From positions 28,629-92,628 of the forward strand of contig SVSN01000003.1 of the NCBI GenBank assembly GCA_015064285.1: DNA of 64,000 nucleotides, read 5' to 3'. Shown one piece after another: positions 49,389 through 57,608 of this stretch. How positions within the stretch are numbered: position 1 is the stretch's first letter; the number at the start of each line of letters is the position of its first letter. This DNA is from Oscillospiraceae bacterium (GTDB lineage: Bacteria > Bacillota > Clostridia > Oscillospirales > CAG-272). The notes under the pieces are model-generated. The model did no database searches. It saw nothing but the letters and a program-made list of their open reading frames with translations, and was not told where the DNA came from. A program made the position numbers and the translations under genes.

Positions 49389-51812
49389 ATGGAACAACAG
49401 CCGTTTCTGCGTAACCATGTGTTTTCAGATCGTGTGCGCTCCATACTGATGCCTTTTTGCCGATTGCTGTCCCGCAGGAAAGCGACCGGCTTTTTTCTGT
49501 TGTATTGTATTACCGGCTGTCTGCTTGCTTACAGTACCTTTTTCTTTAGGATTCTGCTGCTTATTCTGTCCGGTGTACTGATTACAGGTGTCCTTTTGAT
49601 TGCCTGCCGGAAGCGGTTCTGGTATGCGGTGCTGCTTCCCGTTCTGCTGGGGATTTTCTGCGGTACCGGCAGTTCTCTGCTCCTCTTCGACGGTTATGCC
49701 GGACAGTATGAGGATCTGGCAAAGCAGGAGGCTGTTGTCGCTGTCCGCGGAGAAGTGACCGATGTTGTCTACACCAATGCCTATTCCGGGCGCTACATCT
49801 GCCGGATCACCGGTGACGGTCTGCCGTATTCCGTTGTTGTATCGTCCGAATCCCCCTCTTTTCAGGTCGGACAGATTCTGACGGGGGATATCGTATTCCG
49901 CCGCTGGGAAGACACCGATGATGGTTTCGATGAAAAACAGTATTACATGGGTCGTTCCGTTGTGGCTGCTGCGGAGGATATCAGCCTGCGGGAAACAGGC
50001 GAGAGCAGGCTCCGTCTTTCCACCTTCATACAGAACTGGAATCATTCTCTGTCTGCCAAAATATCCGCCCATGTCCGTAATGATGGTCTGCCGACGACCA
50101 TGCTTCTTGGAAACCGCGATACGCTGAGTGATACCATCCAGCGGGATTTCCGCAGACTGGGGATTCTGCATCTGCTGGCTGTCAGCGGCACACATTTTTC
50201 CATGCTGTCCGCCATGGCAGAACGGCTTTTGATCCGTTTTCGTGTCCGGCCGCAGCACCGTTGCTGGGTTCTGGGCATACTGTCTGTTTTCTATATGTTG
50301 CTGACAGGCATGTCCGCTTCCGTTCGCCGGGCAGGGCTTATGTTTCTCATTTCCCTTCTGTGCCGCAGTCTGGAGCTGAAAGTCCGTTATTTTTCTTCTC
50401 TGAACATTGCCTGCGGGCTGATTCTGCTGCTGGATCCCTTTGCGGTACTGGATATGGGTCTTCATCTGTCTTATCTGGCTATCTGCGGCTGTATTCTGAC
50501 CATACACCTGGAGAAAAACTGGTCTGCCTACCGCAGGCTGTGGAAAACCCCGGTACGGCTGGATGAGAACGGCAAACGGCTTCCCTCTCCCCGTGGATGG
50601 CGGCTGTACCTGTCTCCGCGGTATCTTGCCGGACGGGCCACTTCCATGCTGCTGCTCAATCTGATCGTCACCTGTCTGACACTGCCGCTGAGCTGGCTGT
50701 ATTTCGGGGAAATGTCTCTCCTTTCTCTCGTCAGCAATCTGTTCTATATACCCGCATCAGGACTGCTGCTGTTCCTTACGCTGGTCTATCTGTGCCTGTA
50801 CCCGCTGGGACTGTTTACAGTACCCCTTGCCGCCCTGTTGTCTGCCTATGCGGCATTTCTGGAGCTCCCGGCTTCTCTGTTGTCGTCCCTGCCTCATGTT
50901 TCCGTTTCTCTGGGATATCCCTTTATCCCGTTCTTTATGCTCCCTCTGGTGCTTTCGGTATGTACCCTGCCCCTGCAGAAACGGAAATTCCGGGGCCTGC
51001 TCTGTGTGTTCTGTCTGCTGCTGGCGATGAACAGCGCTGTTCTGGTATATGAAACGGCTGCTGCAGATCAGACCGTACTGGTATACCGCAGCGACAGGAC
51101 AAAGGAAGGATTTGTGGTGCGTTCCGCCGGAGAAGTTCTGCTGATCGATGTATCAGACGGCTCGTATAATTTTACAAGCCAGCTTCTGGCGGAGGCCAAA
51201 GAACTGTACGCCACGGAGATCGGCGGGTATATGGTCACACATTACCATAACCGCCACGCCGGTACTTTCCGGAAACTGAGCGACAACTGGATTGTACGGA
51301 AACTCTATCTGCCGGAACCCGTCACCGAGGAAGAAGAAGCTGTTTTCCTAAGTCTGCAGGAAGCCGCAACGGAAAAAGGAATCGAAACGGTACTCTTCCG
51401 TCGTGAAACCGTATTCGGTCATTTTTCCCTCTGTACAGGCGAACGGGTTTATCTCTCCCGTTCTTCCCACCCGGTTTCCGGATTCGTTATGGAAGCCGGT
51501 GGGGAAACCATGGTGTACGGCTCTTCCTCCTTTGCCGAAGGGGATCCGGAAATCCTGCGCCGGATGACAGAAGCCGATCTGTGCATTTTTGGCGCTCATA
51601 GTCCTGTAACCAAAAAGACCTTCGCACTGCCGCTTGTACGACAGCCAAAGGTCATTATCTGGAACGGAGATTCCGTCACTTATTTTGAAGGGACTTTCCC
51701 GGCAGCTCAGTTGGATCTGTTTTCCTGTACCCGGTTTCTGTACCGTTTCCCGGATGCTACAGTCCCAGCCGATGCCGGATATACAGCACCGCGATCCCCT
51801 GAAACACCATAA
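49389..51812 (+). CDS. comEC: DNA internalization competence protein ComEC/Rec2
   Basis: The protein is polytopic with a competence domain (LGILHLLAVSGTHFSML) and a C-terminal MBL-like domain (YMVTHYHNRHAG). AGGAGG precedes ATG 49389. Confidence 0.85.
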   Translation: MEQQPFLRNHVFSDRVRSILMPFCRLLSRRKATGFFLLYCITGCLLAYSTFFFRILLLILSGVLITGVLLIACRKRFWYAVLLPVLLGIFCGTGSSLLLFDGYAGQYEDLAKQEAVVAVRGEVTDVVYTNAYSGRYICRITGDGLPYSVVVSSESPSFQVGQILTGDIVFRRWEDTDDGFDEKQYYMGRSVVAAAEDISLRETGESRLRLSTFIQNWNHSLSAKISAHVRNDGLPTTMLLGNRDTLSDTIQRDFRRLGILHLLAVSGTHFSMLSAMAERLLIRFRVRPQHRCWVLGILSVFYMLLTGMSASVRRAGLMFLISLLCRSLELKVRYFSSLNIACGLILLLDPFAVLDMGLHLSYLAICGCILTIHLEKNWSAYRRLWKTPVRLDENGKRLPSPRGWRLYLSPRYLAGRATSMLLLNLIVTCLTLPLSWLYFGEMSLLSLVSNLFYIPASGLLLFLTLVYLCLYPLGLFTVPLAALLSAYAAFLELPASLLSSLPHVSVSLGYPFIPFFMLPLVLSVCTLPLQKRKFRGLLCVFCLLLAMNSAVLVYETAAADQTVLVYRSDRTKEGFVVRSAGEVLLIDVSDGSYNFTSQLLAEAKELYATEIGGYMVTHYHNRHAGTFRKLSDNWIVRKLYLPEPVTEEEEAVFLSLQEAATEKGIETVLFRRETVFGHFSLCTGERVYLSRSSHPVSGFVMEAGGETMVYGSSSFAEGDPEILRRMTEADLCIFGAHSPVTKKTFALPLVRQPKVIIWNGDSVTYFEGTFPAAQLDLFSCTRFLYRFPDATVPADAGYTAPRSPETP

Positions 51813-52074
51813 TCAGCGGGATCCCGAGCATAAATTTGATGTGTTTGGTTTTATGCCGGATTACATGCATGGTCAGATACATAGCCGCAGATCCGCCCAT
51901 GGCAGCCAGTATCAGCAATGTGGCTTCCGGAACGCGCCACGCACCGTTTCTGGCTTTTCGTTTGTCCGAAACGGTTACGATGACGGCGATCAGGGATATA
52001 ACCACCAGATACAGAATGCCGTATGGGATCAGGTCTGCTGCTGATTCCGGCGGGAATACAATCCATGTGTTCAT
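51757..52074 (-). CDS. DUF1294 membrane protein
   Basis: [42 protein letters not shown] is the DUF1294 signature. A 4-nt overlap with the rnhA stop codon indicates an operon. Confidence 0.75.
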   Translation of the reverse strand: MNTWIVFPPESAADLIPYGILYLVVISLIAVIVTVSDKRKARNGAWRVPEATLLILAAMGGSAAMYLTMHVIRHKTKHIKFMLGIPLIMVFQGIAVLYIRHRLGL

Positions 52075-52508
52075 CTGTATTTCTCCGCTTCTGCCTGTGC
52101 CATGGTATCACAGCGCTCGTTATACGGATGACCCGCGTGTCCCTTGACCCAAACAAAGGATACGGTATGTCCGGCACACAGCTCCAGCAGCCGCTCCCAC
52201 AGATCCGGATTCAGGGCAGGCGAACCGTCTCCTTTTTTCCAGCCCCGTTTTTTCCAGCCGGCTGCCCATCCCTTACCCATGCCATCGCATACATATCGGG
52301 AATCTGATGTCAGCACGACCCGGCAGGGTTCTTTCAGTGCTTCCAGCGCCCGGATCACTGCGGTCAGTTCCATCCGGTTGTTGGTGGTGTTGGCTTCACC
52401 GCCGCACAGCTCTTTTTCTTTTCCGTTATATACCAGCACGGCACCCCATCCTCCCGGTCCGGGATTCTGTTTACAGGAGCCGTCGGTGTAAATTTCCACT
52501 GTTTTCAT
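52071..52508 (-). CDS. rnhA: Ribonuclease HI
   Basis: [20 protein letters not shown]...[16 protein letters not shown]...SDSRYV carries the RNase H catalytic DEDD pattern. Confidence 0.9.
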   Translation of the reverse strand: MKTVEIYTDGSCKQNPGPGGWGAVLVYNGKEKELCGGEANTTNNRMELTAVIRALEALKEPCRVVLTSDSRYVCDGMGKGWAAGWKKRGWKKGDGSPALNPDLWERLLELCAGHTVSFVWVKGHAGHPYNERCDTMAQAEAEKYR

Positions 52509-52606
52509 TCTTCTGTCATCCTGTCTCTTTCTGGGCGTAAATCGCTATATCATTATAACAGTTTCCCGAAAGCTTGTCAAGCAGGTGACCGATCCGGAGG
52601 ACTCAC

Positions 52607-53791
52607 ATGTATTCACTGTTGATTGCCATTATTTATCTTGCGTTTATCAGCCTGGGGCTGCCCGACTCTCTGCTTGGTTCTGCCTGGCCGGTGATGCGGC
52701 TGGAACTGGGCGCTTCCCTTTCCATGCAGGGGCTTGTCTCCATGATCATCTGCGGCGGTACCATTCTGTCCAGTCTGGCCTCCGAACGGATCACCCGTAA
52801 ACTGGGAGCCGGCCTCACCACAGCTGTCAGTGTTGCCATGACTGCCGCTGCCTTATTCGGTTTTTCCTGTGCTTCTCAGTTCAGCCAGCTTTGTCTGTGG
52901 GCCATTCCCTACGGTTTGGGGGCAGGTGCTGTGGATGCTGCACTGAACAATTATGTGGCACTCCATTTTGCCGCACGGCATATGAGCTGGCTGCACTGTT
53001 TCTGGGGTGTCGGTGCTTCCATCAGTCCGTATATCATGCAGTATTGCCTTGCCGCCGAGCATCTGGGCTGGCAGGATGGCTATCAGACCGTTTCGATTCT
53101 GCAGATCGTGCTGACGGCTTGTCTCTTTCTGTCTCTGCCGCTCTGGAAGAAACGTACCGCTTCCGGATCTGCCGGGGAGAGTACACCGCCTGTGGGACTG
53201 CGCAAAGCTCTGGCAATTCCCGGTGTCCCCTGCATACTGACCGCCTTTTTCGGATATTGCGCCATGGAAGCAACCTCTATGTACTGGGCCTGCAGCTATC
53301 TGGTGGAATATCACGGACTGGCTCCGGATACCGCCGCAGGATACGGATCGCTTGTATATCTGGGTCTGACATTCGGCAGATTCCTGAACGGGTTTATTGC
53401 AGACCGTGCCGGCGACAAACTGCTTATACGGGCAGGTTCCTCCATTCTGCTCTTCGGTATTCTGCTGATCGGACTGCCCACCGGTTCCTGGGTATCCGCC
53501 GTGATCGGACTTGCCGTTGTGGGAATCGGCTGCGCACCTGTGTATCCCTGTATTATCCACAGTACCCCGGCCAACTTCGGTGAACAGAACTCCCAGGCAA
53601 TCGTGGGAATCCAGATGGCCAGCGCTTATGTGGGCAGCACATTCATTCCGCCGCTGTTTGGTTTTCTGGCACAGTATATCCATATCGGACTTTACCCCTG
53701 GTATCTGGCCGTGTTTGCGCTGCTTATGTTCTGGATGACAGAGCGTCTGAACCGGACAATGGACAACAAATCCTCCTCTGCCGTTTCGTAA
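52607..53791 (+). CDS. MFS transporter
   Basis: The 394-aa protein has about 12 hydrophobic helices, including the loop motif ERITRKLG between TM2 and TM3. Confidence 0.75.
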   Translation: MYSLLIAIIYLAFISLGLPDSLLGSAWPVMRLELGASLSMQGLVSMIICGGTILSSLASERITRKLGAGLTTAVSVAMTAAALFGFSCASQFSQLCLWAIPYGLGAGAVDAALNNYVALHFAARHMSWLHCFWGVGASISPYIMQYCLAAEHLGWQDGYQTVSILQIVLTACLFLSLPLWKKRTASGSAGESTPPVGLRKALAIPGVPCILTAFFGYCAMEATSMYWACSYLVEYHGLAPDTAAGYGSLVYLGLTFGRFLNGFIADRAGDKLLIRAGSSILLFGILLIGLPTGSWVSAVIGLAVVGIGCAPVYPCIIHSTPANFGEQNSQAIVGIQMASAYVGSTFIPPLFGFLAQYIHIGLYPWYLAVFALLMFWMTERLNRTMDNKSSSAVS

Positions 53792-53851
53792 AGGATATAT
53801 GCCTGCTGTCATTCCAGGATGCCAGTACCACTCCTCCGTCCCTATGCTCAT

Positions 53852-53878
53852 CTCCCCTGCTTCGGCGGGGGTTTTTCT
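53852..53878 (+). terminator. Intrinsic terminator after the MFS gene
   Basis: cccctgc (53854-53860), loop ttcg, gcggggg (53865-53871), then tttttc. Confidence 0.7.
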
Positions 53879-53992
53879 GTGCCCGTTTTTTCCGGTCATG
53901 CATACACTGAAATCGAGGCGCGGTGAATTGCCGTGTCCTGCCCTGCATGAAAAATATGGAATTACAATCAAAACAGGAGGTCAACACCTCAC

Positions 53993-54517
53993 ATGGAGCA
54001 CAGAAAAGAATACACCAGTCACCGGGATATGCTGGATGACGCCATGCTGCAGCGTATTCTGGCGGATATGACTGATGAAAGAGATGACACACGATTCTGC
54101 GGATGCATGTCTCACGGCGACTCTCGGTACCAATCTTCCCGCAGTGAAAGAACCGGCAATTCTCCCTGCGACAAAGGATGCGGCAGCGCCCGTCAGGCCT
54201 ATGAAAATCGGCAGAACCGTGGGAATTGCAAAATCTGCGATGAACGCCAGACCTGCGGCGATCACCACCCCCGCGGGGAATGGAACCCTGCAGAAAACGA
54301 TACCTGTCCGGACAAATATGACTGCGTATCCGGTCATTCGGCTTCCCTGCTCAGGGGATATCCGCTGGCCATGGTATATTCACCCAACCAGGAATGGGAA
54401 GGTATCCTGGAAGCCGAAGAAGCCCTTGACAGGGGAACCATTTTTACCGGTCTGCTCTTCCCCTGGTATCCTTCCCGCTGCAAAGACAACGGCGGATGCG
54501 GCTGCGGGAGGAACTGA
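53993..54517 (+). CDS. cotJA: CotJA-family spore coat protein with a long Cys-rich N-terminal extension
   Basis: The C-terminal LAMVYSPNQEWEGILEAEEALDRGTIFTGLLFPWY is the CotJA signature. The preceding 120 aa or so are rich in Cys, Arg and Asp. Confidence 0.7.
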   Translation: MEHRKEYTSHRDMLDDAMLQRILADMTDERDDTRFCGCMSHGDSRYQSSRSERTGNSPCDKGCGSARQAYENRQNRGNCKICDERQTCGDHHPRGEWNPAENDTCPDKYDCVSGHSASLLRGYPLAMVYSPNQEWEGILEAEEALDRGTIFTGLLFPWYPSRCKDNGGCGCGRN

Positions 54518-54520
54518 CGT

Positions 54521-54787
54521 ATGCATGATATGAATGAACAGAAAAGATTATTCCGGATGATCCAGCAGGTATCCTTTGTGCTGTATGAAACGGCTCTGTA
54601 TCTGGATACCCATCCCCACTGCCGTCCTGCGCTGGCGTATTTCAACAAGTACAATGCCAGACGCCGGGAACTGATGGAAAAGTATGAGTCCAAATATGGC
54701 CCACTGACCATGTACGGACAAAACTGCAGCAGCGACCACTGGCAGTGGGTGGAAACGCCCTGGCCCTGGGAATACGATTGCCAGTGA
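54521..54787 (+). CDS. cotJB: Spore coat protein CotJB
   Basis: LFRMIQQVSFVLYETALYLDTHPHCRPALAYFNKY is the CotJB signature. Confidence 0.85.
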   Translation: MHDMNEQKRLFRMIQQVSFVLYETALYLDTHPHCRPALAYFNKYNARRRELMEKYESKYGPLTMYGQNCSSDHWQWVETPWPWEYDCQ

Positions 54788-54805
54788 TGGGGAAAGGATC
54801 AATCT

Positions 54806-55420
54806 ATGTGGATTTATGAAAGAAAACTGCAGTACCCGGTGAAGATCAAGAATCCCAATCCGCTGTACGCAAAAATCATTATTTCGCAGCTGGGAGGGCC
54901 TGACGGAGAACTGGCTGCCTCCACCCGTTATCTGAGCCAGCGTTTCTCCATGCCCTATCGGGAAGTTTCCGGCATTCTGACGGATATCGGTACTGAAGAA
55001 CTGGCGCATGTGGAAATGGTAAGCGCCATTCTTTATCAGCTCACCCGGAATCTTTGTGAAGAAGAAATCAAGAAATCCGGGTTCGACACCTATTTTGTGG
55101 ATCATACCGCAGGTGTATATCCCATTGCTGCGTCCGGTGTTCCTTTCGACGCCAAATATATCGGTGTAAAGGGAGATGTTCTGGCGGATCTGAACGAAGA
55201 TCTGGCAGCAGAACAGAAAGCGCGTGTAACGTATGACAACCTGCTCCGACTGATAGATGACCGGGATGTCTGCGAACCGCTTTCTTTCCTACGTGAAAGA
55301 GAACTTGTGCATTACCAGCGCTTCGGTGATGCGCTCCGCATTGCGCAGGATCGGATGGATTCGCAGAACTTCTACGGATGGAATCCCGCATTTGACCGGA
55401 AGCCGGATTCACGGAAATAA
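54806..55420 (+). CDS. cotJC: Spore coat protein CotJC (manganese catalase family)
   Basis: MWIYERKLQYPVKIKNPNPLYAKIIISQLGGPDGELAASTRYLSQRF and EELAHVEM are present. Confidence 0.9.
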   Translation: MWIYERKLQYPVKIKNPNPLYAKIIISQLGGPDGELAASTRYLSQRFSMPYREVSGILTDIGTEELAHVEMVSAILYQLTRNLCEEEIKKSGFDTYFVDHTAGVYPIAASGVPFDAKYIGVKGDVLADLNEDLAAEQKARVTYDNLLRLIDDRDVCEPLSFLRERELVHYQRFGDALRIAQDRMDSQNFYGWNPAFDRKPDSRK

Positions 55421-55432
55421 TCCTGTATAACA

Positions 55433-55483
55433 AACAGGACTGCTATACTGGCAATACAGTACAGCAGTCCTGTTCCCTTTTTG
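55433..55483 (+). terminator. Intrinsic terminator after cotJC
   Basis: aacaggactgct (55433-55444) is the exact reverse complement of agcagtcctgtt (55463-55474). cccttttt follows. Confidence 0.8.
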
Positions 55484-55759
55484 TCAAGACTCCACCTGGC
55501 AGGATACAGGCAGAAGTGTATTTTGCACCAGGTGTTCTTGAGGATCACCTGTCCGATACTGTCTGTTGCGTGCTCCCGCAGGTCACTGCAGCATTCCATG
55601 CTTTCAAAGTTGGCTTTGGTTCCGAACTTGTTTTTGTTGCCGTCGCAAGAGCTGAACAGATCATACAGTTCTTAGGTATGAACATTGTATGCAACCGTTT
55701 CAGTATCATTTACTATTTACTTTAATTAAGCTGAATATACAGCATTTTTTCACAGAATG

Positions 55760-55788
55760 TTGCATTTCGGTCGGAAATGTGATATAAT
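55760..55788 (+). promoter_or_regulatory. Candidate sigma-70 promoter of the atp operon
   Basis: TTGCAT (55760-55765), 17-nt spacer, TATAAT (55783-55788). The -10 abuts the first ATG of the atpI-like ORF, so either this promoter or that start codon is wrong. Confidence 0.45.
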
Positions 55789-56214
55789 ATGATTTTGGGA
55801 ATACATTTCCTGCAACTTGTCATAATTACTGTAAAACCATTTTTTCAGTATACCAAAGGAGGCGTATTTTCTCTGGGTCTTTCTGTTACGGGAGCGCTTG
55901 TGACTTTTTTTACCGGTTTTTTGATTGCATACATCAACTACCTGATGATGAAAAAAGGCACCGACAAATCAGGTACCGCGGCCTTGCTTCTGCCTCTGCT
56001 CCGTACGCTGATCAGTGCGGGCTATCTGGTGGCTGTATTTTTTCTGGCCCCTCTCACGCCGTGCGATCCGATCTGGCTGCTGGCAGGTGCTGCGGCCGGG
56101 CTGACGCTTCCCATGTTCTTTTTCACGTTTCTTCTCATCCGGCAGCTGAAGCCTTCGGATGACAATCAAGAAACGGAGCATTCTGACAATTCTGACAAAG
56201 GAGGGGATGTTTAA
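55789..56214 (+). CDS. Small membrane protein upstream of atpB (AtpI/AtpZ-like); start uncertain
   Basis: The product is hydrophobic and sits in the position of atpI. AAAGGAGG at about 55855 suggests a more downstream, non-ATG start. Confidence 0.5.
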   Translation: MILGIHFLQLVIITVKPFFQYTKGGVFSLGLSVTGALVTFFTGFLIAYINYLMMKKGTDKSGTAALLLPLLRTLISAGYLVAVFFLAPLTPCDPIWLLAGAAAGLTLPMFFFTFLLIRQLKPSDDNQETEHSDNSDKGGDV

Positions 56215-56215
56215 A

Positions 56216-56893
56216 ATGGGAGAAAAATCCGAAGTGATCATTCCTCTGGGCGGGATTCTTGATATCACCGGAGAAGTCATTGCCATGTGGGTACTTCTGG
56301 CACTGATTACGGTACTTTCAATTCTGGCTACCCGGAATATGAAAGAACGGCCTGGCACATTCCAGAATCTGGTGGAAACCGGCGTTGAATATCTGGACAA
56401 CTTCTTCACCGGTATCATCGGAAAGCATCATACAAGGAAATACTTTTATTTTCTCGGCTCCCTGTTCATCTTCATTATTTTCGCAAACTATTCCGGACTC
56501 ATTCCCGGTGTGGGACTGACCCGGTATTTCAAGGCGCCGACTTCTTCCCTTTCCGTCACACTGGGGTTGGGGGTTGTAACCTTCTGTTTCCTGCAGATCT
56601 CGGGACTACGGGCAGGTGCCGGCCATTATTTCAAACGGTTTGTCAGCCCCATTGCTTTCATGCTGCCGCTGATGGTACTGGATGAATTCATCAAGCCCGC
56701 TTCTCTGGCACTCCGTCTGTTCGGCAACGTATTCGGAGAAGAAACCGTAACCCACAATCTGTATGACCTGCTGCCCATCGGCGCACCGGTTCTGATGATG
56801 GCGCTTTCCCTGCTGTTCTGTGCCATCCAGGCCGTAGTCTTCACCATGCTGACTTCCATTTATCTGGAAGAAGCCGTAGAAGTGGAAGACTGA
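56216..56893 (+). CDS. atpB: F0F1 ATP synthase subunit a
   Basis: LALRLFGNVFGEE carries the essential Arg motif of subunit a, and the protein is polytopic. The start is ATG 56216 (ATG 56207 is an alternative). Confidence 0.9.
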   Translation: MGEKSEVIIPLGGILDITGEVIAMWVLLALITVLSILATRNMKERPGTFQNLVETGVEYLDNFFTGIIGKHHTRKYFYFLGSLFIFIIFANYSGLIPGVGLTRYFKAPTSSLSVTLGLGVVTFCFLQISGLRAGAGHYFKRFVSPIAFMLPLMVLDEFIKPASLALRLFGNVFGEETVTHNLYDLLPIGAPVLMMALSLLFCAIQAVVFTMLTSIYLEEAVEVED

Positions 56894-56938
56894 TTCACCA
56901 CTGCCAATCTTTTCATATAATCAAAGGAGATTTATATC

Positions 56939-57169
56939 ATGGATAGTTCCGCTTACATCGCCATTGCCGCAGCCATTGCCATTGCTGTCAGCACCATTTT
57001 CCCTGCCATCGGTCAGGGTCTTGCCGCCAAAGCCGCTATGGAAAGTATCGCACGTCAGCCTGATGCCGCCAAGGATATTCGTTCCACACTGATCATCGCT
57101 CTTTCCCTGATGGAAGCACTGACCATTTACGGTCTGCTGATCGGCTTCATTCTGGCATCCAAGATCTGA
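56939..57169 (+). CDS. atpE: F0F1 ATP synthase subunit c
   Basis: This is a 76-aa hairpin protein with the IGQG...ARQP loop and a carboxylate in LMEALTIYGLLI. Confidence 0.9.
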   Translation: MDSSAYIAIAAAIAIAVSTIFPAIGQGLAAKAAMESIARQPDAAKDIRSTLIIALSLMEALTIYGLLIGFILASKI

Positions 57170-57179
57170 GGTAGCATAA

Positions 57180-57596
57180 ATGACCATTCAGCCTTCCATA
57201 CTTCTGTGGACGGTGATCACCTTCTGCCTGACGGTTTTTGTTCTGAACCGGTTTCTGTTCGGTCCCATGCTTGCTTTTATGGACAAGCGTCAGGAAAAAA
57301 TTGACAGAGCCGCCGCTCGGAAAGAAGAAAACGCCCGGCTTCTGGCAGAAGCGGAAGAAAAATTGGAACAGTTCCGGCGGGAAGAAGACAAACATCTTAC
57401 AGAACTTGCTGCCTCTGCTCTGACCAACGCCCGCCATGATGCGGAAACTCTGATCACCGTTACCCACCGCAAGCAGAATCAGAAACTGGATCTGCATGTA
57501 GCGGATCTGGAAACGGAATCCAAAGAAATTGAAAAAGTTCTCGACACCCAGTTAGACGACATGGCCAAGTGTTATGCCGACACGCTGTTGTCGTGA
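57180..57596 (+). CDS. atpF: F0F1 ATP synthase subunit b
   Basis: An N-terminal TM helix is followed by a charged helix (FMDKRQEKIDRAAARKEENARLLAEAEEKLEQ). Confidence 0.85.
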   Translation: MTIQPSILLWTVITFCLTVFVLNRFLFGPMLAFMDKRQEKIDRAAARKEENARLLAEAEEKLEQFRREEDKHLTELAASALTNARHDAETLITVTHRKQNQKLDLHVADLETESKEIEKVLDTQLDDMAKCYADTLLS

Positions 57597-57608
57597 TAAA
57601 GGAACGAA

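Noticed and set aside
53901-53908. catacact upstream of cotJA as a sigmaE/sigmaK -10 element.
   Set aside because: The -10 match is good, but I could not identify a convincing -35 at the right spacing. It is mentioned in a finding but not called as a feature.
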